Positions 26,815-39,967 of a DNA stretch of 64,000 nucleotides are shown here, piece after piece. The translations under genes and the position numbers were made by a program. The DNA is from Takakia lepidozioides (Eukaryota; Plantae; Bryophyta): NCBI GenBank assembly GCA_030704615.1, contig CM060734.1, positions 19,406,001 through 19,470,000 on the forward strand. The letters run 5' to 3'. The notes beneath the pieces are model-generated. The model had not been told where the DNA came from, searched no databases, and saw only the letters and a program-made list of their open reading frames with translations. The number at the start of each line of letters is the position of its first letter. The stretch's first letter is position 1.

Positions 26815-28010
26815 GTGCCAAAACAACATGAGGTTTGAGGAGGAGACAGACGGATGATGATCTGCGGATGAAAAGGCAATTGAGAAAAGAATGGATGGAC
26901 AATCATGTGTAACCGTGCATGCACACATATTTCATCCGTCGATGGGATGAACAACGGCAGAACATGAGGGTTCAGGATGATAGTGTCGGATGATGGTTGG
27001 CGGATGAAAAGACAACTGACAGAAGAATGGATGAAACTTCATGTGTAACCGTGCAGACGTTACAGACTTCATCGTTCCATGGGATGCACATCGGCGATCC
27101 AAATGGGGTATTCGAGAAAACAGTTGTTCTCGTATCTACCTTCATTGGAGTCTTTCTTTCAGAGAATTCAGGACTTATGCCTCCAGACTTATGCCTCCAG
27201 ACTTATGCCTCCAGACATGAGGTCACAATGTCACACGATTATATCCACGGTCTGTACCATTTTCCGAACCATGGTTCTCACAGTTATGTTCTCAATGGTG
27301 ATTTGTTATGCTTCAATTTCGCACCAGGTCCTGTTGCTGGTAAAATATGTAAATTGTAACCTGGCATGGACATTCTATTCCGTGACACACAAGCCAACCC
27401 AACCCCATGCAGACTAAGATTGTCGAAGTCTTCGCCACTCCCTCTCACATGCAAAATAAGAGACTACAGATGTGAATTGAGTAACACTACAACAGGTTAT
27501 GCTCACAAAACCTCAATGCATCTGATATTTTAGGGTTTCTGTTCAACTGCCACTTGCATTCATATTGGGCCATGTACAATGTTGCAAATTCATTCCGTAT
27601 GGGTTACTGATATCGTGTTGGAATGGTAGCATCATGCTTCAAATCTGACATTTTGTTACACATGAATTGCACAAGAGCAGGACAAGCTGGAGTCTGAAAA
27701 ACCTACGTGCATCTTCAAGTTGGTTGTTTTATGAGAACTGTGACGAGCATTCACATTAGCGCTTCTAGAATGTTGAGCACGAGAGGAACGATGTATTCAT
27801 TGTGTATATGTACATAACAACATTTTACAAAGCTAGGTTCATTCTCCAGCGACAAAGACTTTACTTAACCTCAATTGAATAAGAGGAGAAGAAGTGAAGC
27901 TGATAAATCCCACAGGGGGATGACTAAACAGAACGGATGGATGACAAACGGATGCAAATGTCATGTGTAACGGTGCAGCCGTTACACAGTGCAACCCTCG
28001 ATGGGATATA
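26815..28010. repeat. Three degenerate copies of a ~110-bp repeat plus a 15-bp tandem (GACTTATGCCTCCA-, x3, 27172-27216)
   Basis: 'gaatggatg...tcatgtgtaaccgtgca'-like block at ~26890, ~27025 and ~27960. Confidence 0.65.
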
Positions 28011-28999
28011 CATACGTGCTTTTTCTGCTGGTGGGGAGTTCACGTTTGTCCCACCGAGACCTTGTGGAAGAACAGATTGAAAAATTGAATATAAGCACAG
28101 GGTCATTCTGTGTTTCATGTGATTCATCATTGTTTTTCTTCACATCATCTCTTTCAAGAGGGAGTATCAGGAAGTTTTGTTGTTATCTTAGGGTTACCCA
28201 AGTCGTTTCCTGTATACATTGTTTTCCTGGTGTTCTTCTAAGAAAGTCATAGCTCTTTGGAGTCATCTTCTCCACACACTATAGTACTTACATATTCCGA
28301 GGAGACTAATCTATCAAGTTGAGGGTTGCAATGGGATTTGGGGCGGGTGTAGCTTTTAGGCTCCGCAAGATTTATGCAGGATTTGAAGAATTGCCAACCC
28401 GTATTCCCCATGAGGTCATCTTGCGCCTTCTTGAAAAGGTGCAAACGGAAGAGGGGTAGGACAAAGTGTGGGTTTACAAAATCCAAGGAGGAGTCAAGAC
28501 AATGACAGTCCACATGGGCGACCTGAAGTGTTTCTACACAATGGATGAAGAGGAGCAAGGAGCTGTGGTTTTGTGCCATGTGCTGTTAGGTTTCGTGGAC
28601 AGGCTTGTGTTGAAGACCTGGTACCACACAACCAGCCGCTATGAAGGGGAGGGTGTTGTGGATTGGGGGTACCATGTAGATATGAGAGAGGGATGGGTAC
28701 AAGAGTTTCTGGAACTCATCCCAGAAAGTAAGAGGGGCATAATACTCGTAGACCCCTCTAAGGGGTTTTTGGAGGATGAGGTCCGCAGCTATGCAGGACT
28801 GAATGGTTAGTGATTGTAAGACTCTCCTGTTTTCATTGAAGACCTGGTACTGGCAGAATTCATTGCACCAGACTCTCGCTTTGTGCCTCCCTATTTTGAG
28901 GTTTGTACATGAAAGTCGGCTTCAGACATATAGTACATGCATGTTGTAACAATTACTTCTCTTAGAGTTGGTATGAGTTGGTATGAGTTGAAGACTCTT

Positions 29000-30860
29000 G
29001 GTTCAAGCTTTCCTTCATTCCTCTAGAAAGTCCTTCACACATGCATGAATCTGCTGAGTGTGACCCACCCAACAATCAGACCCCAATATGGCCAGGTCTT
29101 AAGGCTCGGCCTCCGCATCCATTCTTGGGCAAAAGAAGAGGCGATAGACCTACCTTCGTGAGGGGTTCAGTCCAGTTGTGGGACTTATGTTGGTATACAA
29201 AATTGGTTCAGGAGATTGTTGCAGCTTTCTCATTCCTCTAGAAAGTCCTTCATACATGCATCAACCTGCTGGGGGTGACCTGCAGCTGACCAAGTTTTGC
29301 CCAGCCCCCTTCCAACTGACCGGCCAGACTACGCTAGATGATGTGAGACTGTATGCTGTCCCACCACTATTAACACCACCAGACCAAACCCATACTACCC
29401 TCTCATATAGAGGACCCCCTTGCTCATCTGCAATCTGTAGTCTGCCCTCCCTGTTCCCTAGCTTCTACGCCACTAACTACTGGTACTACAGCCCCTCTCC
29501 CTGCAGCTTACAGCATCCTTGGACGCTGCTTCCCACACATTCAACCACCCACCCAGGTTCCACAACACCTCTAGCTCATGTATCTCTACTCTCCTTCTCA
29601 CTCTCTCTCTCTCTACTAACTACCTGTTTCAACCAGTGGTCATGTGGTAGCTAAATTGGTTGCATGGCCCTCTTGCCTGGGGCAAGCCCATGATCCCCTC
29701 CCAATGCTGTATCGCTGCCCCCACAGCTCCCACTGCTTCACACCCACATAGACACCACATCATTTGCCATCCCCCCTCTTGGAAATTTGGGCTGCTCCAT
29801 CCATTCTCGCATCCATTCTTGGGCAGAAGAAGAGGCGATAGACCTACCTTCGTGCGGGGTTCAGTCCAGTAGTAGGACTTATATTGGTATACAAAATTGG
29901 TTCAGGAGATTGTTGAACCTTTGCTTCGGTCCTCTAGAATGTCCTTCACACATGCATCAAGCTGCTGAGGGTGGGGTGACCTACCCAGCAATCATACCCC
30001 CACATGATCAGGGTTTTAGACTCAGGAAGGATCGCAGTTTCTTAAACCTCTTGAAAGTTGATGAACAGAGGTGCAGGGAACACTATGTTCGACATGGTCC
30101 TGAGTACTCATGACACGTTTTTTGCCACAACATTGTGGCCATAGACCCCGCATCCATTCTTGGGTAGAAGAAGAGGCGATAGACCTACCTTCGTGAGGGG
30201 TTCAGTCCAGTAGTGGGACTTATGTTGGTATACAAAAATTGGTTGAGGAGATTGTTGAAACTTTGCTTCATTCCTGTAGAAAGTCCTTCACACATGCATC
30301 AACCTGCTGAGGGTGACCTGCCCAGCAATCAGACCCCCACATGGCCAGGGTTTTAGACTCAGCCTGGATCGCAGTTTCTTAAACCTCTTGAAAGTTGGTG
30401 ACAGAGCTGCAGGGAGAGACTATGTTCGACATTGTTCAGGCTTTCCTTCATTCCTCTAGAAAGTCCTTCACACATACATGAATCTGTTGAGAATGACCTG
30501 CCCAACAATCAGACCCCAACATGGTCAGGGCTTTAGGCTCAGCCTCGACAAAGTTTGTGAAAGTGGTTGAAAGTTGGTGAACGGAGGCGCAGGGAGAGAC
30601 TATGTTCTTGCTGGTCCTGAGTACTCACGAGACATTGTTTGCCATAGCGTCGTGGCCATAGACCCCGCATCCATGGTTGGGCAGTAGAAGAGGCGGCGAT
30701 AGACCTACATTTGTGAGGGGTTAATCCAGTACTGAGACTTACGTTGGTATATAAAATTGGTTCAGGAAATTGTTCAGGCTTTCCAGATTTCCTGCAGAAA
30801 TCCCTTCGCACAAGCATCCATCTGTTGTATACCCCAAGAGGAGCAGGGCTTTAGGCTGAG
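29000..30860 (-). repeat. Tandemly amplified exon+intron-like unit (~6 partial copies) of an unidentified gene fragment
   Basis: Recurring 'agaagaggcgatagacctaccttcgtgaggggttcagtccag' and 'ttcctctagaaagtccttcacacatgcat'. Minus strand reads CAG|GHPQQVDACVKDFLEE..NFVYQHKSHYWTEPLTK|GTAGGT. Confidence 0.7.
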
Positions 30861-31360
30861 CCTCCTGATTTTCAATGTTAGTGAACAGAGGTGTCAGGAG
30901 TATGGTCCTGAATAGGGTTGCTCACTAATGAGAAAACCCCAACACTGAGTGATTCCAACAAGTCCCAGCATGTGTCATTCACTTTCAACTCCACCTGCTG
31001 CACCTACTTCAGAACATATGCAAGTGCATGAACCCGTGCATGTGCAAGTAAGGTGGGAGAACCTTCAAACCATGTGTGCGCAAAATGAAAACCATGAATG
31101 TCGGGAGTATACATTGGACATGAATACATGGAAAGATTGTTGTGACAATCTGTTTTTTGGCATTTACATTGTTCAAGCAAACATCACATGCTTCCATAAT
31201 TCCACTCTGAAGGGTCACACAAACATAGAAAAGAGGCAAACTATCCTCCCCCTGTGAAAGAGGTTCAGGATGCTACTGACCAGTCAACGTCTTTGAAATT
31301 CCACTCATAATTAGGCACCTGAACCTCTTGCCTAATCATTCTCTCTTTCCAAACACACAC

Positions 31361-31921
31361 TCACATATCCCACCGAAAGAAGAAGACTGAGTGGTGGAAG
31401 TGATTGCTCCCCCAATGCGGCAAGACACACAAAAACACCGAGGATGAGTTCTTCCGCAAATGCATAAAGGAAGCAAACATGACATGCATCACTCCATCCT
31501 CAATAGTTAGGCAAATGTCACCAGCCCTGGTCCAAGGTCTTTCAGGTCTGCAACCCTTCTGAAGCTTGCGCATGATGGGGGAAGGAAGTTCGTCCAGCAG
31601 TTTAATGCAGTCCCAGCCTTCATCCACCCATTGAAACAAGGTAAGAATATGAAAACACTCGTTCTCCTTCGAAGGGTCCAGGCCCAAAGCATGTGGCCCC
31701 CACTCTTCGTTAGGAGCACACATGAATCTTGACCTGAGTACAACGGTGTTAGGCTGTTTTGCAGCTGCACTGTTGGTGTCATCGTAAAAGCCAGACCAGC
31801 CCACTCTACCTGCAGATACATGTGCTGTAAGAATGATATCCCCTGCTGTGGGTTTTGACCAATCCACCAATGCTTCCAATCCAGAGATGTGAGTCCCCAC
31901 GATGCCAGTAATATCTACCAC
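31361..31921 (-). other. 186-aa ORF fragment of unknown function, cut at its 5' end by the CACTAG terminus
   Basis: Protein-like composition; begins exactly at 31921; no family recognised. Confidence 0.3.
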
Positions 31922-32270
31922 ACTAGAAGCATTTGTGTCTTTTCCGAATCGACTGGGTGTCCACCAACCACTCCGGGAACCACTTGGCAGTAAGCGGGAC
32001 TATTGGGAGTCGAAACGGACAATATGGGCCCACGGGGGCATTTCAGACGGCGGGCAGAAGTGGGGTCAACGACTCCGGAGTCGTAGCAAAAATCCGGGCT
32101 ATTTAATTAATTACGTAAATACATAAAATTTGAAAAAACGGAAATTACAAGTGGTTCTAATTACTGCACTTGCGACTAGAAATTTTCATTCATAATTTGA
32201 TTAATGGAATAAAGATATTTCTTCATTAAAGTGAATACATAGTCGACTCAACGACTCCATGAACCACTGC
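31921..32270 (+). mobile_element. CACTA-type terminus (CACTAGAAGCATTTGTGTC) with subterminal palindrome
   Basis: Matches the terminus at 38878 at 18/19 nt; ACGACTCCGGAGTCGT at 32069-32084. Confidence 0.7.
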
Positions 32271-32399
32271 GCATTGATTGCACCCGCCACATTCGCTGAC
32301 GTGTGTTTCACAAAAACAAGTAAAGAAAATGTGGCCTTTGGGGAATAGATATTTTAATATGTACTGCCTCCACCTGGAAGTGACATGGAAGGTCCATGG

Positions 32400-35300
32400 T
32401 CCAGCTTGTAGGGTTTGTCGTTCTGAACACCACCGTGGTGGACATGTATGCCGAATGTGGGAGCATTGAAGATGCGAAGGTAGTGTTCGACTGTGGCTCA
32501 ACGAGATGTGGTGTCGTGGAGTGCGATGATTGCATTGGCAACAAGACAAGGATGTATGCATGATTTTTGCAGAGACAATGATAGCTGAAGGAGCAAGATA
32601 GAGTGTGGGTCCATATTCATCAAAGAGGGTCGGATTTCAAGCTCCAGATTACCTATGGTTCCCTGTGGAAGGATAACTACAAAAAACCTCCATGGGTAGA
32701 TGGTCAGCTGGAAGCGGCAGCTGTAGCGGCACAGTTGATAAAATCAGGCACCTCAACCATGACCACAGCTTCTGGAAGAGGATCAAGAGAGGGAGTCCAC
32801 AATGCCTCTTCTGGCACTTATGGGCATGTGAAGATGCTTTATGAGGCAGGCAGACTGAAAGAGGCTCTACAAACTTTAAACCAAAGAGGCATTTCAGCAG
32901 ATGTAGATACGTATGTGTGCATCAAGATGAAAGGCCTAGAAGTTGGAAAGCAGGTGCACACTCACATTGTCCAAGAATGCCTCAACGATCTTTGATCACG
33001 TGGAATATAATGTTGGCAGGATTACCAAGCATGGGCGTGGTACGAATGCTTTGGAGACCTGTGAGCAAATGATGCGCGAAGGGGTGAAGCTCAACCACAT
33101 CGCGTTTGTATGTGTTTGCAATGCGTGTGCAAGCCTGGAAAAGGGGAACGAGGTCCATGGTGACATCGGTCAGAGCTGGAATTGCACCGGATGTCATTCT
33201 GAACACCGCCTTGACCTGGACATGTATGCCAAATGTGGATGCATTGAGGATGCAAAGGGAGTTTTCGACACTATGGCTGAACGAGATGTGGTGTTGTGGA
33301 GTGCGATGCTTGCAGGGTATGCACAACAGGGACGTGGGATGGAAGCTTTGGAGACCTATGATCCAATGATGGGGGAGGGGGTGAAGCCCGGCCACTTTGT
33401 GTGCATTTGCAATGCTTGTGCAAGCATGGCAGCCCTGGACAAGGGCAAAGAGGTGCATGGGGATATCATCAAAGCTGGAATTGTACCAAATGTCATTATG
33501 AACACTGCCCTGGCAGCTCTGGAAAAGGGGAAAGAGGTCCATGGCGACATCTTCAGAGCTGGAATTGTACCAAATGTCAGTCTGAACCATACCTTGGTGG
33601 ACATGTATGCGAAATGTGGGTGCATCGAGCCTGGACGAGGGCAAAGAGGTGCATGGGGTATCATATGCATCAAAGCTGGAATTGTACCAAATGTCATTAT
33701 GAACACTGCCCTGGCAGCTCTGGAAAAAGGGGAAAGAAGTCCATGGCGACATCTTCAGAGCTGGAATTGTACCAAATGTCATGCAGAACCATATCCTGGT
33801 GGACATGTATGCAAAATGTGGGTGCATTGAGCCCTGGACAAGGGCAAAGCGGTGCATGAGGTATCATCAAAGCTATTATGTACCAAATGTCATTATGAAC
33901 ACTGCCCTGGCAGCTCTGGAAAAGGGGAAAGAGGTCCATGGCGACATCTTCAGAGCTGGAATTGTACCAAGTGTCATTCTGAACCATACCCTGGTGGACA
34001 TGTTTGCAAAATGTGGGTGCAAAGGGATCTAGGATCTAGGATGCAAAGGGAGTGTTCGACACTATGGCTGAACGAGATGTGGTGTCGTGGAGTGCGATGC
34101 TTGCAAGGTATGCACAGCAGGGACGTGGGATGGAGGCTTTGGAGACCAATGAGCAAAGGATGGGGGAAGCACATCATGTTTGTGTGCATTTGCAATGCTT
34201 GTACAAGCCTGGCAGCCCTGGAGAAGGGCAAGAGGTGCATGGGGATATCATCAAAGCTGGAATTGTGCCAAATGTCAATCTAAACACTGCCCTGGCAGCT
34301 TTGGAAAAGGGGAAAGAGGTCCCAGGCGACATCTTCAGAGCTGGAATTGTACCAAATGTCAGTTGAACCATACCCTGGTGGACATTTATGTGAAATGTGG
34401 GTGCATCGAGCCTGGACAAGGGCAAAGAGGTGCATGGGGTATCATCAAAGCTGGAATTGTACCAAATGTCACTATGAACACTGCCCTGAGGTGCATGGTT
34501 GCATCGCCAAAGGCAACAGCTGCAGCGGCACAGTTGATAAAGTCAGGCACCTCAACCATGACCACAACTTCTGGAAGAGGATCAAGAGAGGGAGTCCACA
34601 ATGCCTCTTCTGGCACTTATGGGCATGTGAAGATGCTTTAAGAGCAAGCAGACTGAAAGAGGCTCTACTGACTTTAAACCAAGGAGGCATTTCAGCAGAT
34701 TCAGATACGTATGTCTGTCTCTTGCATAAGTGCATCAAGATGAAAGGCCAAGTGAAGCTAGAAAGCAGGTGCACACTCACATTATCCAAAGTGCACGCCA
34801 AATATTTTTCTACCCAACACCCTTGTCAACATGGATGTTATGTGCGGGAGCATCATGGATGCTCACCAAGTGTTCAACAGAATGCCTCAACGATCTTTCA
34901 TCACGTGGAACACGATGCTTGCAGGGTGTGCACAGCAGGGGCGTGGTATGGAGGCCTTGGAGAATGTGGTGAGGGCACCTTCTTCTTCGACCTATTTCAG
35001 CCTGTTTTTCCCTCTCATCAGACTCGGCCCTGAATTTACATATTGAATTGTCAAGGACAATGTGGTGAGGGCACCTTCTTCTTCGACCTATTTCAACCTG
35101 TTTTGCCCTCTCATCAGACTCGGCCCTGAGATGCATATTGAATTCTGTAAGTTAGCTCATTGGGTGGATCTGTGGTGGTTTGGAATGACTATGACAAGTA
35201 ACTGCCGATGTGGCAGCACGAAAGTATCCAAAACAGATAACAGAGATGAGGAGAAGGTGTGGAATGAATACTTTGTTGACCCCAGTGAATGGTAGAACAA

Positions 35301-38040
35301 CCGAGGCAAAAAGTTGAATGCCTATTAGATGACAGAGAGTAGCAGACGCAACTCAGCATAGGAACTAGTGTGATTGGGTGTTTCCTAGGTTGTCATTGTC
35401 AGCTTCTAGCAGCAAGGGCAAAGATGAATGCATGGTTTGTGGTGAGGCATGGATAGCTGAAGGAGAAGGGATATAGTGTGGGTCTTGATTCATCCAAGAG
35501 GGCCGGACTTCAAGCTCCAAATTACCTGTGATTCCATGTGGATCAATAGCTACAAGAAACCTAAATGGGTAGATGGTCAACTAAAGGCAATAGCTGTAGC
35601 GGCTCAGTTGATAAAATCAGGCACGTCCTCAACCATGACCGCAGCTTCTGAAAGAGGATCAAGAGAGGGAGTCCACAATGCCTTTTCTGTGGGGCATGTG
35701 AAGATGATTTGTGAGGCAGGCAGACTGACAAAGGCTCTAGGTCTGGAAGCTGGAATCAGGTGCACACTCACATTATCCAAAGTGGATTCATGCCAAATGT
35801 TTTTTCTACTCAACACCCTTGTCAACATGTATGTTAAGTGCGGGAGCATCATGGATGCTCGCCAAGATTTCTACAGAATGCCTCAGCGATCTTTGATCAT
35901 GTGGAATATAATGTTGGCAAGATTTACCAAACATGGGTGTGGTAGGAATGCTTTGGCGACCTATGAGCAAATGTTGCGCAAAGGGGTGAAGCCCAACCAC
36001 ATCACGCTTCCGCATGTTTGTAATGCGTGTGCAAGCCTGGGACCTCTGGAAAAGGGGAAAGAGGTCCATGGTGACATCGTCAAAGCTGGAATTGTATCAG
36101 ATGTCATCCTGAACACTCCCCTGGTGGACGTCTATGCCAAATGTGGGTGCATTAAGGATGCGAAGGGAGTTTTCAACACTATGGCTGAACCAAATGTGGT
36201 GTCATGGAATGCGATGCTTGCAGGGTATGCACAGCAGGGACATGGTATGGAGGCTTTGGAGACCTATGATCAAATGATGGGGGAAGGGGGGCACCTTCTT
36301 CAATAGCACAATGGCTACAAGTGGGTAGATGGTCAACTGAAAACAGCAATGGCAGCAGCACAATTGATAGAACAAGGCCCACTGCTAATGAAGGTACCTT
36401 CTTCAACATATTTCACCCTGTTTTCCCCTGCTATCAGAGTCGTCCCTAAATTTTCATGTTGAATTCTACAAGTTAGCTCGTTGGTGGATCTATGGTGGTG
36501 TTGGAGTGATTTTGACATGTTCCTGCCAATGTGGTCGACAAGAAAGTATCGAAAAATAGATAATAGAGATGTGGAGAAGCGCTGGAATGAATACGGTTCC
36601 GACCCCAATCAATGGTGGAACAATCCAGGCAAAAAGGTGAATGTCTGTTGGAAGCAGACGCAAGTCAGCATAGGAACTAGTGTGATAAGTAGGGTTGGGG
36701 TGTTTGCTAGCACAATTCTAGAGTGTTGTTGTCAGCTGCTAGCATCAAGGCAAGGATGTATGCATGATTTGTGCAGAGGCATGGATAGCTGAAGGAGCAG
36801 GGAGCAGTGTGGGTCCAGATTCATCCAAGAGGGCCGGATTTCAAGCTCCAGATCGCCTACAATTCCCTGTGGAAGCAGCACACACCTCGCACACACAAGA
36901 GGTCATCTTGGGTGCATGGTCAGTCAAATCCTCCATGGGTCATGACACAAGGTCGAGGACAATGTGGTGAGGGCACCTTCTTTTTCGACCTATTTCAGCC
37001 TATTTTCCCTCTCATCAGACCTAGCCCTGAATTTACATATTGAATGCTGTAAGTTAGCTCGTTGGGTGGATGTGGGGTGGTTTGGAGTGACTTTGACAAG
37101 TTACTGCTGATGTGGCAATAGGAAAGTACCCAAAAACAGATAACAAGATGAAGAGAAGCTTTGGGATGAACACTTTCCGACCCCAGTCAGTGGGGGGACA
37201 ATGGAGACAAAAAGGTGAGTGTTTGTTCGACTACAGAGAGAAGCAGTTGCAATTCAGAATTGGAACGACTGTTAAGTCCTAGGTTGGGGTGTTTTCTGGA
37301 AGAACTTCACGCCGTCACTGTCAGCTGCTAGCCGCAAGGCTGAGGGTTGTATCCATGATCTGTACATGGGCAGGGATAGCTGAGGGACCAGGGATAGAGG
37401 TCCAGATTCATGTTCAGGTTTAGGCTGAGGGATCAATAGCTAAAAGAAATCAGCTGGAGTAGATGGTCAATTGTTGCAAGTGGAAACAGTAGCGGCAGCA
37501 CAATTGATAGAATGAGGTGTTGCTCAACACATTTCAGCTTGTTTTTCCAAATAGGGTTGGGGTGTAAGAACAAATCTAGGCTGTCATCATCAGCTGCTAG
37601 CAGCAAGACAATGATATATGCATGATTTGTGCAGAGGCATAGATAGTTGAAGGAGCAGGGATAGAGTGTGGGTGCAGATTCACCCAAGAGGGCGGGGCTT
37701 CAAGCTCCAGATTGACTCTATAGCTACAACAAACCTGCATGGGTAGATGGTCAACTAGCAGCAGCGGCACAATTTATAAAATCAGACACTGCTAATGAAA
37801 GCATCTTATTCAACACATTTCACCTTGTTTTTCCCTCTAATCAGAATTGGTACTAAATTTCCATGTTGAATTCTGCAAGTTAGTTGGTTGAGTGAATCTA
37901 GTTTGGAGTGACTTTGACATGATACTGCCAATGTGACAACAGGAAAGTATCAAAAAACAAGTAACAGAGATGAGGAGAAGTTATGGAATGAATACTCCAG
38001 TCAATGATGGGACAACCAAGGCAAAAAAGTGAATGCTTGC
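32400..38040 (+). pseudogene. Scrambled array of OSB-type PDF-motif and PLS-class PPR gene fragments
   Basis: Repeated [46 protein letters not shown] and ACASLAALEKGKEVHGDIIKAGIVPNV. The PDF motif is split by an intron: EEKxWNEY..DP..WW.N.GKK|intron|IHPRGPDFK...LW....KP.WVDGQL. Many frameshifts. Confidence 0.9.
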
Positions 38041-38877
38041 TACATTTCATAGACTAGCAAACGCATTCAGAATAGGAACTAGTTACTTGTCTTCCACATG
38101 AAAGGGAGCATGCACAACCGGCACGAATACAATGCCCATGGAATGTTGTTATTTATATGATTGCAGAGCATAGGTGCAATGACAGACCTGCCAGTCATGT
38201 TACTGGGAACAACGTGGACACAAGTTAGTTCGGACCCCAGAATGTCTAAAATGTCAAGACTAAGCTTTCTGTCCATCATAAAATGCAGTTATGTTGCCCC
38301 CACTCCAGTGGGTTCAGATAGCAATAAATATAATGCCTCTCCAACCACGTTTGTGAACAAAACATCCCACCGAGAATGAGAATACTGACTGTGACAATGC
38401 CGATTCAAAACGACGCATCCCTCAAAAGCACCCGCCACTTTTTCCCGCCCTACTGTCGTGTGGGTGGAGGCTGCCAATCAGAGACATTGCCTCCACTTCA
38501 TGCATGTGTTGTCCATACATGTGGACCAATGTGCACCTCAGCGGATGGTGGAATCAGTATCCCTTTGCTCCTCAAGATGCATGTGCCCATCCGAAATCGT
38601 GCAGCACATGACTTACCCCCTCCAAAAGTCATGTTCTCCAGCCTCACCGAATACATACTCTCCCCACACGACACTGCCATTCAGCACTCCCAAACTCGTT
38701 GAGTTTCCTCAGATCCCCCATTGCCTCGTCGCACTCTCCCTCACCCATTTGCCTGGCCTTGCTGCCTCTTTCATTGCCGCCTCTCGCACTTAGCAATGTC
38801 AGACGCTCAAGAAGGAGTAGACAGCTCCTGGCTGCAAGAGGAAGCTTTTGTTGATGTCGACACTCACAAGGAGTTGG

Positions 38878-39100
38878 CACTAGAAGCATTCGTGTCATTT
38901 ACCACTAGGGTAACGACTCATTTTGAGTCGTAAAAGTCAAAAAACCGGGATCGACTGGAAGTTACAAACGACTAGTTACAACAGACGTGGAAGTTGGGTC
39001 GGACATCCAATGATTGGAGTTGTAAAGGACGCAGACGCGTAAACAACTACTCAGCGATTATTGTGATTAATGCTGAAGAACCATGTGGTGTAACCAGGCG
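38878..39100 (+). mobile_element. Second CACTAG terminus of the same family as 31921
   Basis: CACTAGAAGCATTCGTGTC; ACGACTC-ATTTT-GAGTCGT at 38913-38931. Confidence 0.7.
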
Positions 39101-39524
39101 GGCTGCCCGTGTGTCTCACCTTTTGGGCTGACTTTGACTTTTCCATCCGGCTGAATGGATTGACTCACCAGAGCGCGATGACGCATGGACACGGACGTGG
39201 ACGATGATGTGGACGCCGACATGGCGGTGCCACGGCGAGCAGCAGTGCTGCCACGTGGCCACAGGCCCGGGGCGCCACATGGTAGTTGACCACATAACTT
39301 GCAGTGCTACATGCCCAATGGCAATTGCGACTGCGGAAGTCGGCACAACCACTGCTTTACTACTTTAAATGAAGTGCTCGAAATTACTTGAACAATCACT
39401 CATAGTAGTTCATGCTTTGAATTTTGGTGTTTGTAATGAGCCAACTAGTACATACGCATGTAATGCCATACAAGAGAACTAATCATGTCATTAGAAATGC
39501 GAAAACAATGAAAGACATGTAATG

Positions 39525-39615
39525 AAACAAAACAAAATAAAAATGAAATGAAATGAAACAAATGGTACATTACATCAGCGGAAAGCTCAAAGAGCTTATG
39601 ATACAACCAAAGTAA
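39525..39615 (-). repeat. Short dispersed repeat with (GAAAT)n tail, possible LINE/SINE 3' end; second copy at 54631-54700
   Basis: Shared 'aaatggtac..ta.a.c..gcggaaag.tcaaagagcttatg..acaa'. Confidence 0.5.
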
Positions 39616-39744
39616 AAAAACAGCCCAAAGCTACTACTGCTCTGGGGATTGCCTAAGGGTCAAGGCCTCATGCAGGTAAGCTGCCAAGCAATTGTGATCC
39701 TCATAATGCAAGGCTCAGTGACAGATTGAGTCCCACGGAATAGA

Positions 39745-39860
39745 TCATCTACCCATGCAGGTTTCTTGTAGCTATTGATCCACAGGGAATCATAGGTAAT
39801 CTTGTGCTTGAAATCTGGCCCTCTTGGATGAATCTGGACCCACGCTCTCTTTGCTCCTTC
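39745..39860 (-). pseudogene. Isolated OSB PDF-motif exon
   Basis: CAG|IHPRGPDFKHKITYDSLWINSYKKPAWVD. Confidence 0.75.
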
Positions 39861-39967
39861 AGCTACGCACAAGTCCTTCAGCTGGTGTACAACCTCTTCC
39901 TGGTCCTGGAATCTTGGGTCACGGGTGGATAATTTCCCGAGTAGCCATGCCTCTCCAAAAAGTCTTT

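Noticed and set aside
32982-33857. 291-aa minus-strand ORF and similar antisense ORFs over the PPR regions
   Set aside because: Shadow frames of the repeated PPR motifs on the opposite strand.
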